A stretch of 61,161 bases of DNA, the filler included, from Hausera hauseri (taxonomy: Eukaryota): assembly GCA_046269625.1 (NCBI GenBank). It is 12 parts of 12 records of this genome, joined end to end, with 100 filler letters (N's around TTAATTAATTAA, not from the genome) between each part and the next. Parts side by side here need not be neighbours in the genome. Positions count along the whole stretch, not along the records: positions 46,267 to 50,392 come from JBJURY010745765.1; positions 50,493 to 54,827 come from JBJURY010630552.1; positions 54,928 to 61,161 come from JBJURY010121761.1; 9 more parts are not named here. One strand, written 5' to 3'. Under the pieces are notes generated by a model. It was not told the origin of the DNA and searched no databases. It worked only from the letters and a program-made list of their open reading frames with translations. Positions 46,267 to 59,940 of this stretch are shown here, piece by piece (position 1 is the first letter of the stretch; the number at the start of each line of letters is the position of its first letter). Made by a program: the position numbers and the translations under genes.

Positions 46267-49200
46267 CTGATGATTTTTTGTTCCGATACGCTCCTGGTCG
46301 ACTGTTGTTCCATGACCATTTTCATAGGCTTGGAGAAAGTTTTTAAACTGTAAATCGATTTGTTTCAGATTTACGCCTTTGCATTTCAATACGGACTTGC
46401 TTTGCGTTTTCAACGCGTAACATTTCGGTCTTAGGAAAATTCCTTCTGTACTCGATACTGCCTTTGCTTTCATCTTTAAACTTGTCTATAACAGCCGAGA
46501 AACGAGTGTAATAAAGAGGGTCGCTAGTATCGTAATTCAACGTGTCCAACTCTTCATTAGAAATCATTGCTGGCAAGAGTTGTGATCTTAAATCAACTCC
46601 ACGGCACTCAAGGAAAAACTATCCGTGTAACCAGCAATGATATTTAATTCACAATTAAACTGGTGTTTATATTTATCCAGTTTGATGTAATTAAGCTCAT
46701 ACATCCGTAGCTTGGAAAGATCAAGTACGGCCTGACCATGTATGAGGGCCTATCTAGTGTAACTGTCTTTATCGACGAGAACAGCAACCAGATCATCAGC
46801 AATAATGATACTTTCTTTGAACTGGGCTTTTCTGGCATATGTTACAAGCCTCTTTGCATTGTTACAAAACCTCAAATTGGACCGTTTCATCAGATTTTCC
46901 ACTGTTTTCCATATAAACTGTTACTTTTGAGCTTAAAAAGTCCTTTCAAAAGCATTTTTAGCAGCAGCCCTCTTTGCTATATTAAGGTTGATGTAGTCCT
47001 TAAAGACAACCTTGATCAAATTCAACGGCCCCATGTACCTTGTCAACCACAGCACCTAGCTTGATATATAGCTGCAAAAGCCTATAATGGAAAACATAGT
47101 TGGACTTTCGCTCATGTGTTAGCAGCAATTTCTTTACTCGTGAATCAGGAGGGCATTGGCTGATTGGAGCTAAAAACAGTTGGTCAAACTTATCGCGCTC
47201 ATCAGCCGAAATGCTCAAATTAACTTCGAAAACGAGACCACTTTTTTGTGTAACAGTGTCGACAAAAGGCAACTGTGAAATCAGGCTGTTTAATCTATCC
47301 TCATTGTAAATCCAAACCAAATTTGCAAATGTCAAAGGTTTCGATAAAGCCCAGCCGTACAAATTATTCACATCTATATACAAGATAGTGGTGCTTTCAT
47401 CGGCGGTAACCCTATGTTTATTTACAAAAGTCATGCCACCGCGAATACCGGATTGGAAAAAACTATACATTTCAGGATCCTGAATGAGCTCAATACGATA
47501 CGGACTCGTTTTTAGTGCAGTTGCACAAGATAATCCTGGAATAGACACGAAATTAACCGCTTCTAAGCCATCCTCCAACTTAACCCGCTTTCTGAACCGT
47601 TCAAAAATATTACCTAACAAGTATACATCTAGTTTCACGTATACTAACATGTAATCTAAAAGCGAGTTACATTTATATCTTGATCAGGTAAGTTGCGCCT
47701 CCTGATAATTGCTGTCACTAACACCATCCAATTTCGGTGGTAATTCAAAAATCGACTGCAAGTCAGTAAACGATTTGGCTGCAGTGTATGGAAAAACGCC
47801 TTTTCTCTTAATAATATCAGTTGGAAAGGCTGTTTCGGTGAAGTCTAAATTAGAGGCCAGTGTCTTCAGTGAAGCAGGTAAAAACTGAAGCGTGTCCGAA
47901 AAGCCAATTGAAACAGACTTTTTACCTGAACATCGTATCATTGCCTGCATAGTGAGGAATTTTTCAGTTGTTTGTGGAATGACACTTATTTGCCAACTGC
48001 CGAATTTAATGCATGCTTTAAAATATGATGAACATCATATCCACGCAAATTATGGAATATAACAGATAAATTGTACCTAATCTGTCGAGCCAAGTTACGT
48101 TTACTACATGTTGGGCCTAGGAATTTACCCGTAACACTACAGTGATCTCGAACAAATTGAGAACCATTTTCATGACAGTTAACAATATATGACGTTCTTA
48201 AACCGAAACCATTCAGGTGATGTTAGTGGGATCATTGTTTTTTTGCATTTTTGTACTAGAGGGAAACCAAGCTTTTCACAATTTACTCTAAACAAGTCAG
48301 AAACTGAACGATAGCATTTTCACCAACAAACTGCCTATATTGAATATTTGTTGATGAAACTAGCAAAAGACCGGCTACAGCAGGCAAATGAATATGCTTG
48401 ACTTTATCGTCAGGACACAGAACAGATTCAAAGTCAGCATATGACGAAAGGAGGACTTATAGATTTGGACCAGTCCTTAAATTCACAAAACTTGTTTTCA
48501 GGTATTCTGTACAAAGTTGTGCAATTGGAAGACATGCACATTGGTAAATGCTTAGCATAAGCAGTGTCAAGCCTAAATCCATACAAACATTTCTCACACC
48601 AATAATTACATTGAATTCTCATACCATTAGACCGTATGTTCAACAACCGATTAAAATGAGGAATTGCAACATAATAGAACTTATCGTCATTTCCTAAAAT
48701 CATCAGTTTCACTACAGTACGATTCGGATTTTTGCTTCTATACAAAATATCAACGAATGGATTTTTCACAATATCCTCATCAAAATCCACATTTTCCTCA
48801 TCGTGAAACAAGAAGACATTAATTGACAACTGTGGATTCTGCCTTTCAAATTTACTTATGTTGCGTATTTTCATAGGCATATCTTCTGCAGAATACTTCA
48901 ACTCCCTTAAATAAGGAATATAATTACTAACTCTGTTTTTATGCCTATTATTGTCGATAGACGAATATTTGGTCACTGCGAGAAGAGTACAAGAAACAAA
49001 CTATCCCCATTTTGCACGTTAATAACTGCCTTTGAAAAATTTAAAGCGTCAGTTGTTGGTAGATAGGATTTTCCAGATAGATAGGGTAGTGGCTTGTTCT
49101 AACTATATGAAAACAGTATTTCAGAATTTTCACTACCTTTCAACCACTACCAAATTCGGCAATATTTTTAACTTGCTCACGCAAAGTATCAGCTACAGAT

Positions 49201-49720
49201 TGTGGGTAAGCCTGCTCATAAGGGACAGCTCTGTATGAAATATGTTTCCTTAAAGTCACCTTCAGCATTCGGTAACAGAATCTCAAGTCTGTATTGAATC
49301 TTACACGAAGAAAACCGAGAAGTGTACGTATCTACAGTATTCAGAATTTCCTCAGGTGATCGAGTACAAACGAGTTGGTCAGGCGAAACATCAAAGCAAA
49401 GGTGCACATAATTATTAGCGATCATAGTTTGAACATTAAGTCGTAGCTTTTTCACAGAATCCACTTTCGATTTCTTTGCCTGAATTTCGGTTCATCGGTC
49501 GTTTAGCCGGCTGACGAGATGGTTTTATCGGCTGTTTAGCTGGTTTAGCTGGTTTATCAGTTATCGGAAGTCGTTGCTGTGCTACGAACTGTTTTGCCAT
49601 ATTTATCATTTCTCGATGTTCTTGCAGTATGGTTTTTGGTTTGTTAAAGTCAGATAGTGTTGATGGTGTGGCAAGTTGGACAAATGTAAAATAGGGACCT
49701 ATCAACTTTCACTCCATATT
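46267..49720 (-). pseudogene. polB: pPolB pseudogene of a distinct Polinton/adintovirus lineage
   Basis: FHNLRGYD, KRKGVFPY, GIRGGMT, YIDVNNLYGWA, YTDSF, KFKDE, LRPKCY, KCKGV. N-terminus differs from the 29448 and 52121 copies. Confidence 0.92.
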
Positions 49721-50674
49721 TGGCCATAGCGTTGTTGCATTTTTTTTCAAAATGATCTTTGTTGGTGTAATAGTTGAAGTGGCAAATCTAGAAGTTATAA
49801 ATGAAAGAAAAAAAAGAAAATCCAACTAACCATTTTAGCAGATTTTTGAAAGTTTTAAATGACTTTTAAGCCTCATTTATACTTATTTTCAACCAATCAG
49901 ATTTTATATAAGAGTATATATACTCCAAAACTGATTTGTCTTAGTGATATTCAAAAAATCAATGCTCGACCGGTTAGGTGTACCATAGATTTTGTGTAAA
50001 ATGCATTCGCAAATGGCTGCAAGATTGTTCGTCATGTCCAACATGTAGGAAAACAAGTCTATATTTTGCAATATACACTAAAGATGGACAATTATTGTGT
50101 TAACTACTATCTGTCATTGAAATAAAAAAATTTTTGTTACTTTTTCTATAAAGAAAAAACAAGACTAAAAAACTAAGATTTATTGACAACTATTTATCCA
50201 AAACTGCATACATAGAAGCCACAAGATTCATTTGTTTATTTATCAAGTCCTTATATTCCCGTAAAAGATTTAGCATATCCGTTCTCGTTTCAGATCAATT
50301 ACCGGCTGTAGAATTGGTTTCGGTGGTAAAATTTCAATCAAGTTAAATTTAACATCAATGTATCGTCATTAGCCAACAAAAACGAATTAAATNNNNNNNN
50401 NNNNNNNNNNNNNNNNNNNNNNNNNNNNNNNNNNNNTTAATTAATTAANNNNNNNNNNNNNNNNNNNNNNNNNNNNNNNNNNNNNNNNNNNNGATTTTCT
50501 ACCTCGAGGGCGGTACAATACAATCGCACCAAATGCAAAATTATCAATCCCGAATGACAATTTGCATGAAATGAATTAAGATTTTCTCAGACATATACAT
50601 ACAAATATTAGAGAAAGTTTCATACAAGACAATCATATTAAAATGGTTTTGAAATTGCAATAATCTTACAAATC

Positions 50675-51045
50675 ATCTTATAATAATTATATCGAGATCG
50701 ACGGAGAATGGAGTAATTTGGAAACCCAAGATACTGCCTCGTTGACTGATAGATTTCTTTTTTTAAATTACAACTAGAGTTTTGACGTCTTAAAACGATT
50801 TTTATCGAAGCGCTTTGCGGTACACGGATTACAAGAAATTTCCTATTTTACTTGTAGAAAATAATAAAATCGACCTTATCAATCAACGGAAGGTCTCCAA
50901 ATCAGATATTGAAGCACTGGCAAAAGACTTGCAGATCGATTTCATCGAAACCAGTGCTAAATGTTTACCAATCCGAATCGATGAAACATTTGCTCAAATA
51001 GTTCCGAAAATGACAAACGGAAAACGATATCCGATCAAATCCTAA
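50675..51045 (+). pseudogene. MRAS: Ras-family GTPase relic, most like M-Ras/R-Ras
   Basis: IEIDGEWSNLETQDTA, FPILLVENNKIDL (G4), FIETSAKCLPIRIDETF (G5 followed by the extra residues seen in M-Ras). Internal deletion, no P-loop seen. Confidence 0.7.
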
Positions 51046-51652
51046 ATGACGTTGAACAAATGTTCATTTCATTCACATCCGAACATTTTGAAAATGATAA
51101 TTTGAGTTCTACGCACACTATCGAAAAAAACCGCATGATTGCTAGTAATATCTGGGGACTGTCTCTACTGCTATTAAATCGTTTGTAAATCCAACGGTTT
51201 CTAGATATTTTTTCTCGATTTATCCGTGTCATTATTTTCCTTTTTTGAATTTGAACGTCTTTATGTCTATTTGATTATTTTCTTCCCACCTCACAATTTC
51301 ATTCGATTTATCAGCTTCGTTGTCTATTAACATGAAGATAGAAAATGACGAGTTATCTGATTCAGTCGATTTGTATTGTTACCATTTCATATCAAGATGA
51401 ATATTTTTAACTGGAACAAAATTTCCCCTTTGGTTTCTAGTTATGTTACTATAATTAATTCTTTTCAGTATTTCCTATACTGTGGTCTGATAAGATTTCA
51501 TCCGAATGAGATGTGTGCTATCATACGTTTTTCATCAAGGATCCTAGTGGTGGTGGTTTTAATTACTATTGTTAATAAAGCTCTCGAAGGCCTATTTCTT
51601 TTAATTGCGATACATATAGAATATTAGACCGTATCGAACGTTTTATTTTAAG

Positions 51653-51842
51653 AAATGTTTCGTCAGTAAAAAAGATAACACTGTATGACAATTTTGAAAT
51701 TCACTGCATTATGTGCTTTACGATACTAAGGATCATCGTTAATCAAAACTTATTGGCTGAGGATGAAGGCGAATGCGTGATCTGCCTCGTTGAATTGATA
51801 CGTGGAAACATTGTTGCAACATTACCATGTTTCTGTAAATAG
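51653..51842 (+). pseudogene. ZNRF1/2-like zinc finger plus truncated RING-H2 fragment
   Basis: DNFEIHCIMCFTILRIIVNQNLLAEDEGECVICLVELIRGNIVATLPCFC, closely following the ZNRF pattern E.H..MCL..PR..YN...L..D.GECVICL.EL..G..IA.LPC.C. Confidence 0.75.
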
Positions 51843-52120
51843 TTCTATTATTTATTTTTCCTTGTTTTCTTTTGATTTTGTGCATAAGTTATTTTGATCC
51901 TTAAAGAGCCAAATTGTGTGTCGAACAAGTGAACTTGCATTTTATTCGAAATGAAATTTCAGAGTTTGTTTAAATATTGTAAATAAAGTTTAAAAAGTTG
52001 TAAGCGATTTTTGAATCAAAATTTTAAATTAAATAAATCAATTTTTTATCCGACATTATTCTGTTTCTATTCTGCGTCTATTTATCGTTGGAATTTTATC
52101 GCATAAATATTGAATATTTA

Positions 52121-54827
52121 TCAGTCAGATTTAATACCATACCAACTCATCCCTGAAGCTGTAAAGAAATGAGCCGGATACAAAGCATGGCTATTCATTT
52201 TAACATCCCTAAAACTCTCAAAGACATCTGTCAGCAGCAGCACGTCCGTCTTGAGGTATATGTCGCTGTATTCCCCTAATGTTCGACATTGGAATGCATG
52301 CCAAACGTTCTGGGCATGCTGGTAGTCAGCACCACTGATATCGCAATCAGAGAGAACATTGTAAAAGTCCTTGACCGACAATGAGGTCTCATCAAGTGTT
52401 TCCCATGAAGTTATGCAGTCATAAGGAAACATGCCTTTCCTCTTGACGAGGTCAAATGCCGTGGGGAAGAACCGCTTTGTCTCCTTGAGTTCTTTTGCAG
52501 CGAGGGTCATCACTAAACTGTCCAGTGACGAGCTCATTAAGCGGAAACTGTCTATGAAACGAAATCTGATGCGGCCTACAGGCTTGGTGAAAGTGATGTA
52601 TTTTTCCTCACTGTTTGGGATCACATCTATATTTTCATCAATGTTGCCTAATTCTCGGACTATGAAATGGGAATCATAGCCACTGAGATTATGAACACTA
52701 CAGACACATATGTACACGTTTTGCAGCGATGATTGAAGTTATTGCATGCTGCCCCTCGATATACACATGTAAAGTTGCAATGATCCTTGACTTTATGATT
52801 ATTCTTGGTGAAGGACTTGTCGCACAAGTAACATGTTGTTGCTCTGCGCCATTCTTCAGCTTGTTTCTACGACATGCTCATATTATCCTTATGCTGCTGA
52901 AGCATGTTTTTAAGCTTATGAGCCATGTATTCAAGTCGTTTCATAAAATGTGCTGCTTCACCTGGACGTCTAAGTCGATATGGTTCACTGTCCAATACTT
53001 TGGCATACATGCAATATGACGAGAGTTCATGATATTGGTATGACGTTTTGCTGCGATTTTGAAAACTGGTAGTGCAGCTGTGAATTGGCCGGAGAATAGC
53101 CTCAAAGTCGCTATAGATAACTATTGGAACCTTGATCTTTTACTCGAACTCCTTGAATTTAATGTAGTCTTCCCTGGTAAATTCTGGCTTGATACAATAA
53201 TTGTTGTTGCAATACATTTTGTACTCTGCAAGCTTGTCCACAGCTGAATCACCACTGAAATGGGAAAAGCATCGTTTACATATTTCTAATCTTTCCTTAT
53301 GTTTCGTATTTATGGATCTGACAAGACGCTCAAAGTTTTTGATCCAAACATAATGTTTCTTTTCTCCGTCTTCTAGTAGGAGCAGATCCCTATGATCTTC
53401 CAATTCAGTATCATATATATGCAGGGGATAAAATTTGTCCACCTCGACCAATCCAATGATGTTGATGGATATGTTGTTGTTTCGGCTGAACTTCTTAATT
53501 TCATCTAAGGATGGAGGGAACTTAATACATTGGAAGTCATAGTTGTGCTTCTGATCATTATATAGCTAAACTCGATCTTCTGCATGTTTTTGATCACGTA
53601 CGAGTTTACATAAAATGGCATACATAAAATACATGTTGTCATTATTATGGACACTAACACGTGCCTTTTTATTAGCGATCCATTTCCGAAGCTGAATATA
53701 AGGACTGTCCCGCATTGGAGAGTACTTGTGAACATACACAAGCAATCTCCTGATGGTGCCAGAGTCCATCCGTTCTTCTTATCCTGACTCTGATCGGCTT
53801 CATGGATCATCTTTGCATGCCCTTCATTCAGCTATTCTACTATATTAGTGGCTTCAAAAATGGGTCGATTTCTGGTCTTGAAGGCCCTTTCGGACTCTTC
53901 GCCATCAACATTAAAGTATATGGCCCCAAGTTTCATATTATCCTTAATGGCCTTGAGCTCAGCTATGTTTTCCTGGAGAATCCCCTCTATTTCTTCATCT
54001 GTTTACTCCAGAAATTCCTTAATGGTTGTTTGACCAGTTGCATCAATGACATATTTGCGGCATTTCCTCTTTAATGTTGGAGCATCAACTGGCCGCTGTC
54101 TTTGACTCTTTGATGGAGCCGCTACGCCTGATGCGCCTGATGCGCTTGATGCGCGTTTTAATCCTGCATCTGGCTGTACTGCAGGCTGTGGTACTGCAAA
54201 TTGTAGTACTGCAGGCTGTGGTACTGAAGGCTGTAGTACTGCAGGCTGTGTTGCAACTGGCTTATGTTCATTAAAGATGATATTCTTTGACTTTGACGCG
54301 AAGTCAGTCAAATGATGTTTGTGATCTTCATAAAACTGTATGTATTCTCCATCACATACAGCTTCACATCATGGGTATATTAATAAATGATCCTATTGAC
54401 TTTGTGTCCATAATAGCTCTTCATGGTATTGTGGTAATTTTGAGGGTTGTGTATTGTACATGTGCAATACACATATGAACTGCATCTTTGATTTTCCTTT
54501 AAAGTCGTTATTGGTATATTGGTATTGAATATTTGTTTTTCCGACTTAGTGAAAAAAATCAAATGCTGCTTATGGACATTGTAAAAGTCTTTATAATTGA
54601 TTTGGCACACTGCCACACATGTAGGACATATATAATAATAAACCCTGTTGTACATAATACAGTGTCAATTTTCAGGCTTGGGGATTTGAGCCAACCATTC
54701 GCTGTGAAGTTTGCACATCTAAAAATCAACCAATTATTTTTGGAGTACAATTAAAAAACTCAACATTCGTTGAAGTGATTTTGGAAATAATGAAATATAT
54801 TGCCATATCACCATGTATTGCCTCAGA
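52121..54827 (-). pseudogene. polB: Polinton pPolB pseudogene, N-terminal half (same family as 29448-32860)
   Basis: HNLSGYDSHFI, RFIDSFRLMSSSLDSLV, RKGMFPYD, YLKTDVLLLTDVFESFR. Truncated at about 52135. Confidence 0.93.
54165..54252 (-). repeat. 15-bp coding minisatellite (QPAV-like pentapeptides) in the pPolB N-terminal extension
   Basis: GCAGGCTGTGGTACT-like units repeated about 6 times. Confidence 0.8.
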
Positions 54828-54927
54828 NNNNNNNNNNNNNNNNNNNNNNNNNNNNNNNNNNNNNNNNNNNNTTAATTAATTAANNNNNNNNNNNNNNNNN
54901 NNNNNNNNNNNNNNNNNNNNNNNNNNN

Positions 54928-55440
54928 GAAGCATTATTTGGTACTTCTATCAGATCATTATTCGAGCTGGCTGAGTTGAACAATATTCCTACAGACGAAA
55001 CCATGCAAGCGGCTCAGAGACACTTCATTGCGATCAGCAAATACTCATTTTGAAGACTGTTACACGGAAATAAACCTTACATACCCGAAGATTTATATAC
55101 TGCCAAGTTCGTATGGCTAAATAATCAGACGCCGTGCGGTTTTCAACCTAAGTATTTTGGCCCTTACAAAGTAATTCGTTTACACTCGCACAACATCATC
55201 ATCCTCAAAGTCGACAAAGAAGTAACAGTCTACATCAACAACACTAACCCGGCCTTTTTCATTGACGATACGTCTCTCATCGGAACCACTTCTCCACCAA
55301 CATCTTTACACGATTTACCTTCCATCTCTGCTTAATTCTTTAACCCACTTTCTCATACGTTTTCTCCCAGGACTTCTACTCCAATTTTTTCTGACAGTTT
55401 ATCCCCTTTTTCCTTACCCAATTTTGCACATTTAAGCTTT
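54928..55440 (+). mobile_element. Gypsy (CsRn1-like) integrase C-terminal fragment
   Basis: EALFGTSIRSLF...YIPEDLYTAKFVWL...GPYKVI, homologous to 28330-28660 and 58870-59200. Confidence 0.88.
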
Positions 55441-55464
55441 TTAACACCTTGTGGTGCCCATGGC

Positions 55465-58400
55465 TCTTGAAAAAATGGCCGAATTAGCCGATAAAACATA
55501 TGATGTTCTACACTTACATTCCCCACTAGTCGTTTCGGCGGCAGTTGCTCCTAACGATATTCAGTCCAATAACATATCAATAAAACAACAACTCAATTAG
55601 CTACGTGCTGAAAATATTGCACTACAATCAACAATTAACAATATAAACAACGACATAAACAAGTTTCCCCTGTCCAAGAGAAGAGATTTTGTTGCTGACC
55701 GCGCTCCTCCTGAATCTAGAAACAGGTCACCATCGCCCGCGCGGTCGTCAATCTGCTATTATCATTGCAGATTTAATAAGAATTCCAAGAAATGCTGCCT
55801 AAGGTTCAAATTTTATAACAAAAGTTTTTCTTCAGATACCGTTCATTGCATTTACCACGCAAAGTTTAAAAATCAAGCCCGTAAATGCATTTCAGGCCGC
55901 ACTTTCAAACCAGACACTAACGACGGACGAACTACCTTTTCTTCTAGTAGTCGTCCTAGTACATTTTTTCAGAAAAATAAATTTGCCGCCAGAGATCACG
56001 GCAAACTCTGGCAAAGGCACTACTTCACTTCTTGAATGCCGACACGCCTCTTTTTCTGTCTTTACTATAAAGGCTGCAATCACCGCTCCTACAACGCAAT
56101 CCGTTGACTTCCTCCTTGATACAGGTGCAGAGATTTCTTTATTGCCCCAAACCTTTCCTGTCCAAAATTCGATATTTAAAATCAAATCTTTATACACCGC
56201 TTCGGATCAACCGCTGCACATTTTTGGCATGGCTAAACTATCTTTTATCCTACCAAAATTTCCTTCACTTTTCTACCGGACATTCACAGTTGTTAGTGTC
56301 CTGACGGCAATTTCAGATTCTGATTTTTTATCATATTATAATTTATTGGTTGACTGCAGTCAACGATATTCGAGGAGCGGCATCACTGGCAGCATTACTG
56401 AGCATGACAATAGCATTTCGACTACCGTGCAGTCAATCGAGAAACGGAGGTCAAATTGGGGAAAATCAATAAATAATTCGAAGTTCCATAACTATAATTC
56501 AATTCGTAAATTTTTAAATAATAATATTGATATGCAATCGAGGTTCAATGTCGATAATTGTGGTTCTGTCACTAATGTTCATTCACACAAAGAAATCACT
56601 TCATCCAACACCATTTTCAATTCGACCATCATACACCAAATACCACTCGATTGCACATCACAAAATAATTCACAAATCGCATCCGCTGATACCCAAGCTA
56701 CTTCACCATCATCACCGAATCTATCACAGTTGTCTACAACTTTACAGCAATTCGTTACCACATCATGTTTACGCGTACTTAAAAAAGATCGTTCGTTTAC
56801 TTCTACAAACAGCACTGTACATCACGTAATTACACAACATCAACGACCAATACGTCAAAAGGTGCGAACACTGTTACAGCGTCGAAGACAGGCTGTAAAA
56901 GCCGAATTTCTTGAACTAGAACGCTCCGGCATTGTACGCCGTTCCAAATCTCCTTGGTCGTCACCTTTACACGTCGAACAAAAAAGGACGGTACTTTTAG
57001 ACTATGCGGTGACTACCGACAGTTAAACAACTTGACAATCATGGATGCGTACCCCCAGTTACTAATCAAGGACATCCTGCATCGCCTTACTTTAACTACC
57101 ATTTACTCGACCATCGATTTGGTCAAAGCATACCACCAAATACCGGTGGCATCCGAAGTTATAGAAAAAACTGCTGTCACTACTCCTTTTGGTCTCAACG
57201 AGTACCTGTTTATGCCTTTCGGTTTGCGAAATGCCGCACAGACCTTTCAGCGACATATTAACTCAATTCTCTCAGATTTTCCGTTTGCGCACCATTATAT
57301 TGATGATATTCTGATCGTTTCGTCTTCGGTCAAACAACACGAGGAACATCTTCGCGCAACATTCCAACGCCCTGGCCATCATAATCTCCAAGTCCATTTC
57401 GACAAATGCCATTTTTTCGAAAAGCGCATCAACTTTCTAGGCCACGTTATTTCACCAGACGGCCACTCTCCTTAACCAGACCGAGTTGAAGCCCTTAAAA
57501 ATATCCAATTACCAAGTACGACCACCGAAATGCGCAGCTTCCATGGTACACTACACTTTGTACATAAATATGTATCATATTGCTCCGAATTTATAGCACC
57601 ATTTGCACACTTAAGCGGTGGCAAAAAACATCAGCCAATCCAGTGGACACCTGAATTCGTAGACAAATTTGATAAGTTACGCGGAGGAATTAAGACCGTC
57701 GACATTCTCGATTTCCCCAAGCCTGATGCAGAACTAATCCTTACTACAGACGCTTCAACCACTGCGGTAGGTGCTGTACTCCACCAGATCTACAAAGGAG
57801 AAAATCAACCTCTAGAATTTTTCTCTCTCAAGCTAATATCCACTGAGACCAGGTATTCAACGTTTGATGGAGAGTTATTGGCCATCGTTTTTGCTTTAAA
57901 GCATTTCTCCCACCTACTTGTCGCTCGCCATTTTACTATAAAAACCGATCACAAACCTTTACTTAACATTATGGCTATGAAACATTGTTCCACACGCCAA
58001 GAAAGACAGATATCAAACTTGTTTACATTTAACTTCGACATAAAACATATTAATGGGTTTAATAATTTAGTTGCCGATTTTTTATCTATGTCGGTTAGTT
58101 CGATTAATTTTTCACCAATTTTACGCAAGCTCAACTTCAACGAAAACAGCCACCTCAAGACATGCTTAATTCTTTCAGGTCTTGCAAAATCGTTAACAAT
58201 GCGGCTTTAGACACTTCCAAACCAGGTCATTCCATAATAATTCTCTCACCATCATTGCAAAGGCAAGCAATAAATAGCGTACATTCGCTACACCACCCTG
58301 GTGCTAAAGCCACTTTTCGTTTACTCCATCGACAAGTAATATGGCAGTCAATGCGTTCTGATGTGCAGGCATGGGTTAAGGAGTGTGTGGCTTGCCAAAA

Positions 58401-59940
58401 ATACACAAAAACTAAGCATTTAAAGCCATCACTGTTCCACTTTGCCTGCACATCGCGTTTTGATTCCATGCATATTGACGTCGTCGGCTTTCCTCCTCCA
58501 GACAACGGTCATCAATTCATTCTCACTATGATGGACAGTTCCTCGCGATGGCCAGAAGCCATTTTTCTGCGGAGCACGAAAACCGATACCATAGCTGACG
58601 TTTTCATTCGTACAAGGATTAGCAGGTTTGGAACACCTCGCTTTATCATCACAGACCAGGGTCCACACTTTGAATCCAACCTGTTCATATCCCTTGTTAA
58701 CCGATTGGGGATCCATCACATACATACTATGCCTTGTCACCCCCAATCGAACAACATTGAAAAAGTCACTAAGAATTCTTGCAGAGTCTAACACGAGTTG
58801 GACAAATCTTCTTCAGTTTGTTTTGCTTGGCTGGTGGAACACTCCGTCTACTTTTGTAGCATGCTCACCTACTGAAGCCTTATTCGGAGCTTCTGTACGA
58901 TCATTATTCCAACTAACTGCCCTAGACGACACTCCTACAGGTGAAACGATATGGGCGGCGCAAAATCACTTTGTTACGCTCAGCAAAGATTCGTTCTGCA
59001 GGTTACTACATAAAGACAAAACATATTTACCCGAAGAATTGCATTCGGCAAAATTTGTATGGCTAAAGAATAAAACGCCATGAGGTTTCCAACCGCGGTA
59101 TCTGGGGCCTTATAAACTGATACAGCTGCATTCACATAATGCTATTATCTCTAAAGACGGCAAAGAGCTTACAGTACATATTACCAACTTAAAGCCCGTC
59201 TTCTTTGTACGCGACACTTCACCAATTGACACGTCAACCTATTTTCTCACTCACACCTTTCCTGCTGTTCCTTTATCTGTTACTACACCTGTTTCACCTC
59301 CTCCTTTTGCTCCTAGTTCTGCTTTATCATTTTCCACACCTCCTACTTTTATTCCTATCTTTCTTCCTTTCTTTACCATTCCCTCTGTCTCATTTTCTAC
59401 TTCTACTCTTTCGCCTAACACAATTCCAATTTCTACTTCAATTTTCGTCTCTTCTCCTTCATCCGACACTTCACCTTTTTTCACTCCTTCAATTTCTAAC
59501 ACTCTTGAATACCCTTAACCATACGTCTCCAACAATTTCCCTCCCTCCTTCACCCTTTTCTTCTTTTTGTTCTGACTAGTCTTTGCACGACACAAAACTC
59601 ACCACAAAATCTGACAATATTTTCCCCAACTTCAGACTCTGCACGCAAACACACCGCATAAAGACAAAACACGCAGCATCACCTCTAGCATTATAATAGG
59701 GAAAAATCAGTAGAAGGCACACAACGTTTTGTTCACACTAAGGCCAGCTAACAAAGATAGTTTTTCGTTTAGCAATTTTTTCTTTCCGTTTATTTTGATA
59801 TTTATAGCTTTCACTTTGCCACCGGGGTGATGTGGTGCCACGGCGGCCGGTGCCCTTTAGCCCATCTGGTTGGGCGCGGCCGGGCGTCCGCTGTCGCCTC
59901 GTCGGATCAATAGTCAGGTCCGACTCTCCGCATTGAAAAT
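55465..59940 (+). mobile_element. Degenerate Gypsy (CsRn1-like) element, gag 3' half to 3' LTR start
   Basis: Double CHCC, pseudoknot at 55982-56011, FLLDTGA, YIDDILI, LTTDAS, TDHKPL, IDVVG/TDQG, GPY, and G-rich tract then TGTGG at 59831. Confidence 0.95.

Noticed and set aside
59205-59579. Leu/Phe-rich 'membrane protein' ORF
   Set aside because: An off-frame translation of the pyrimidine-rich S/T/P tract after integrase.
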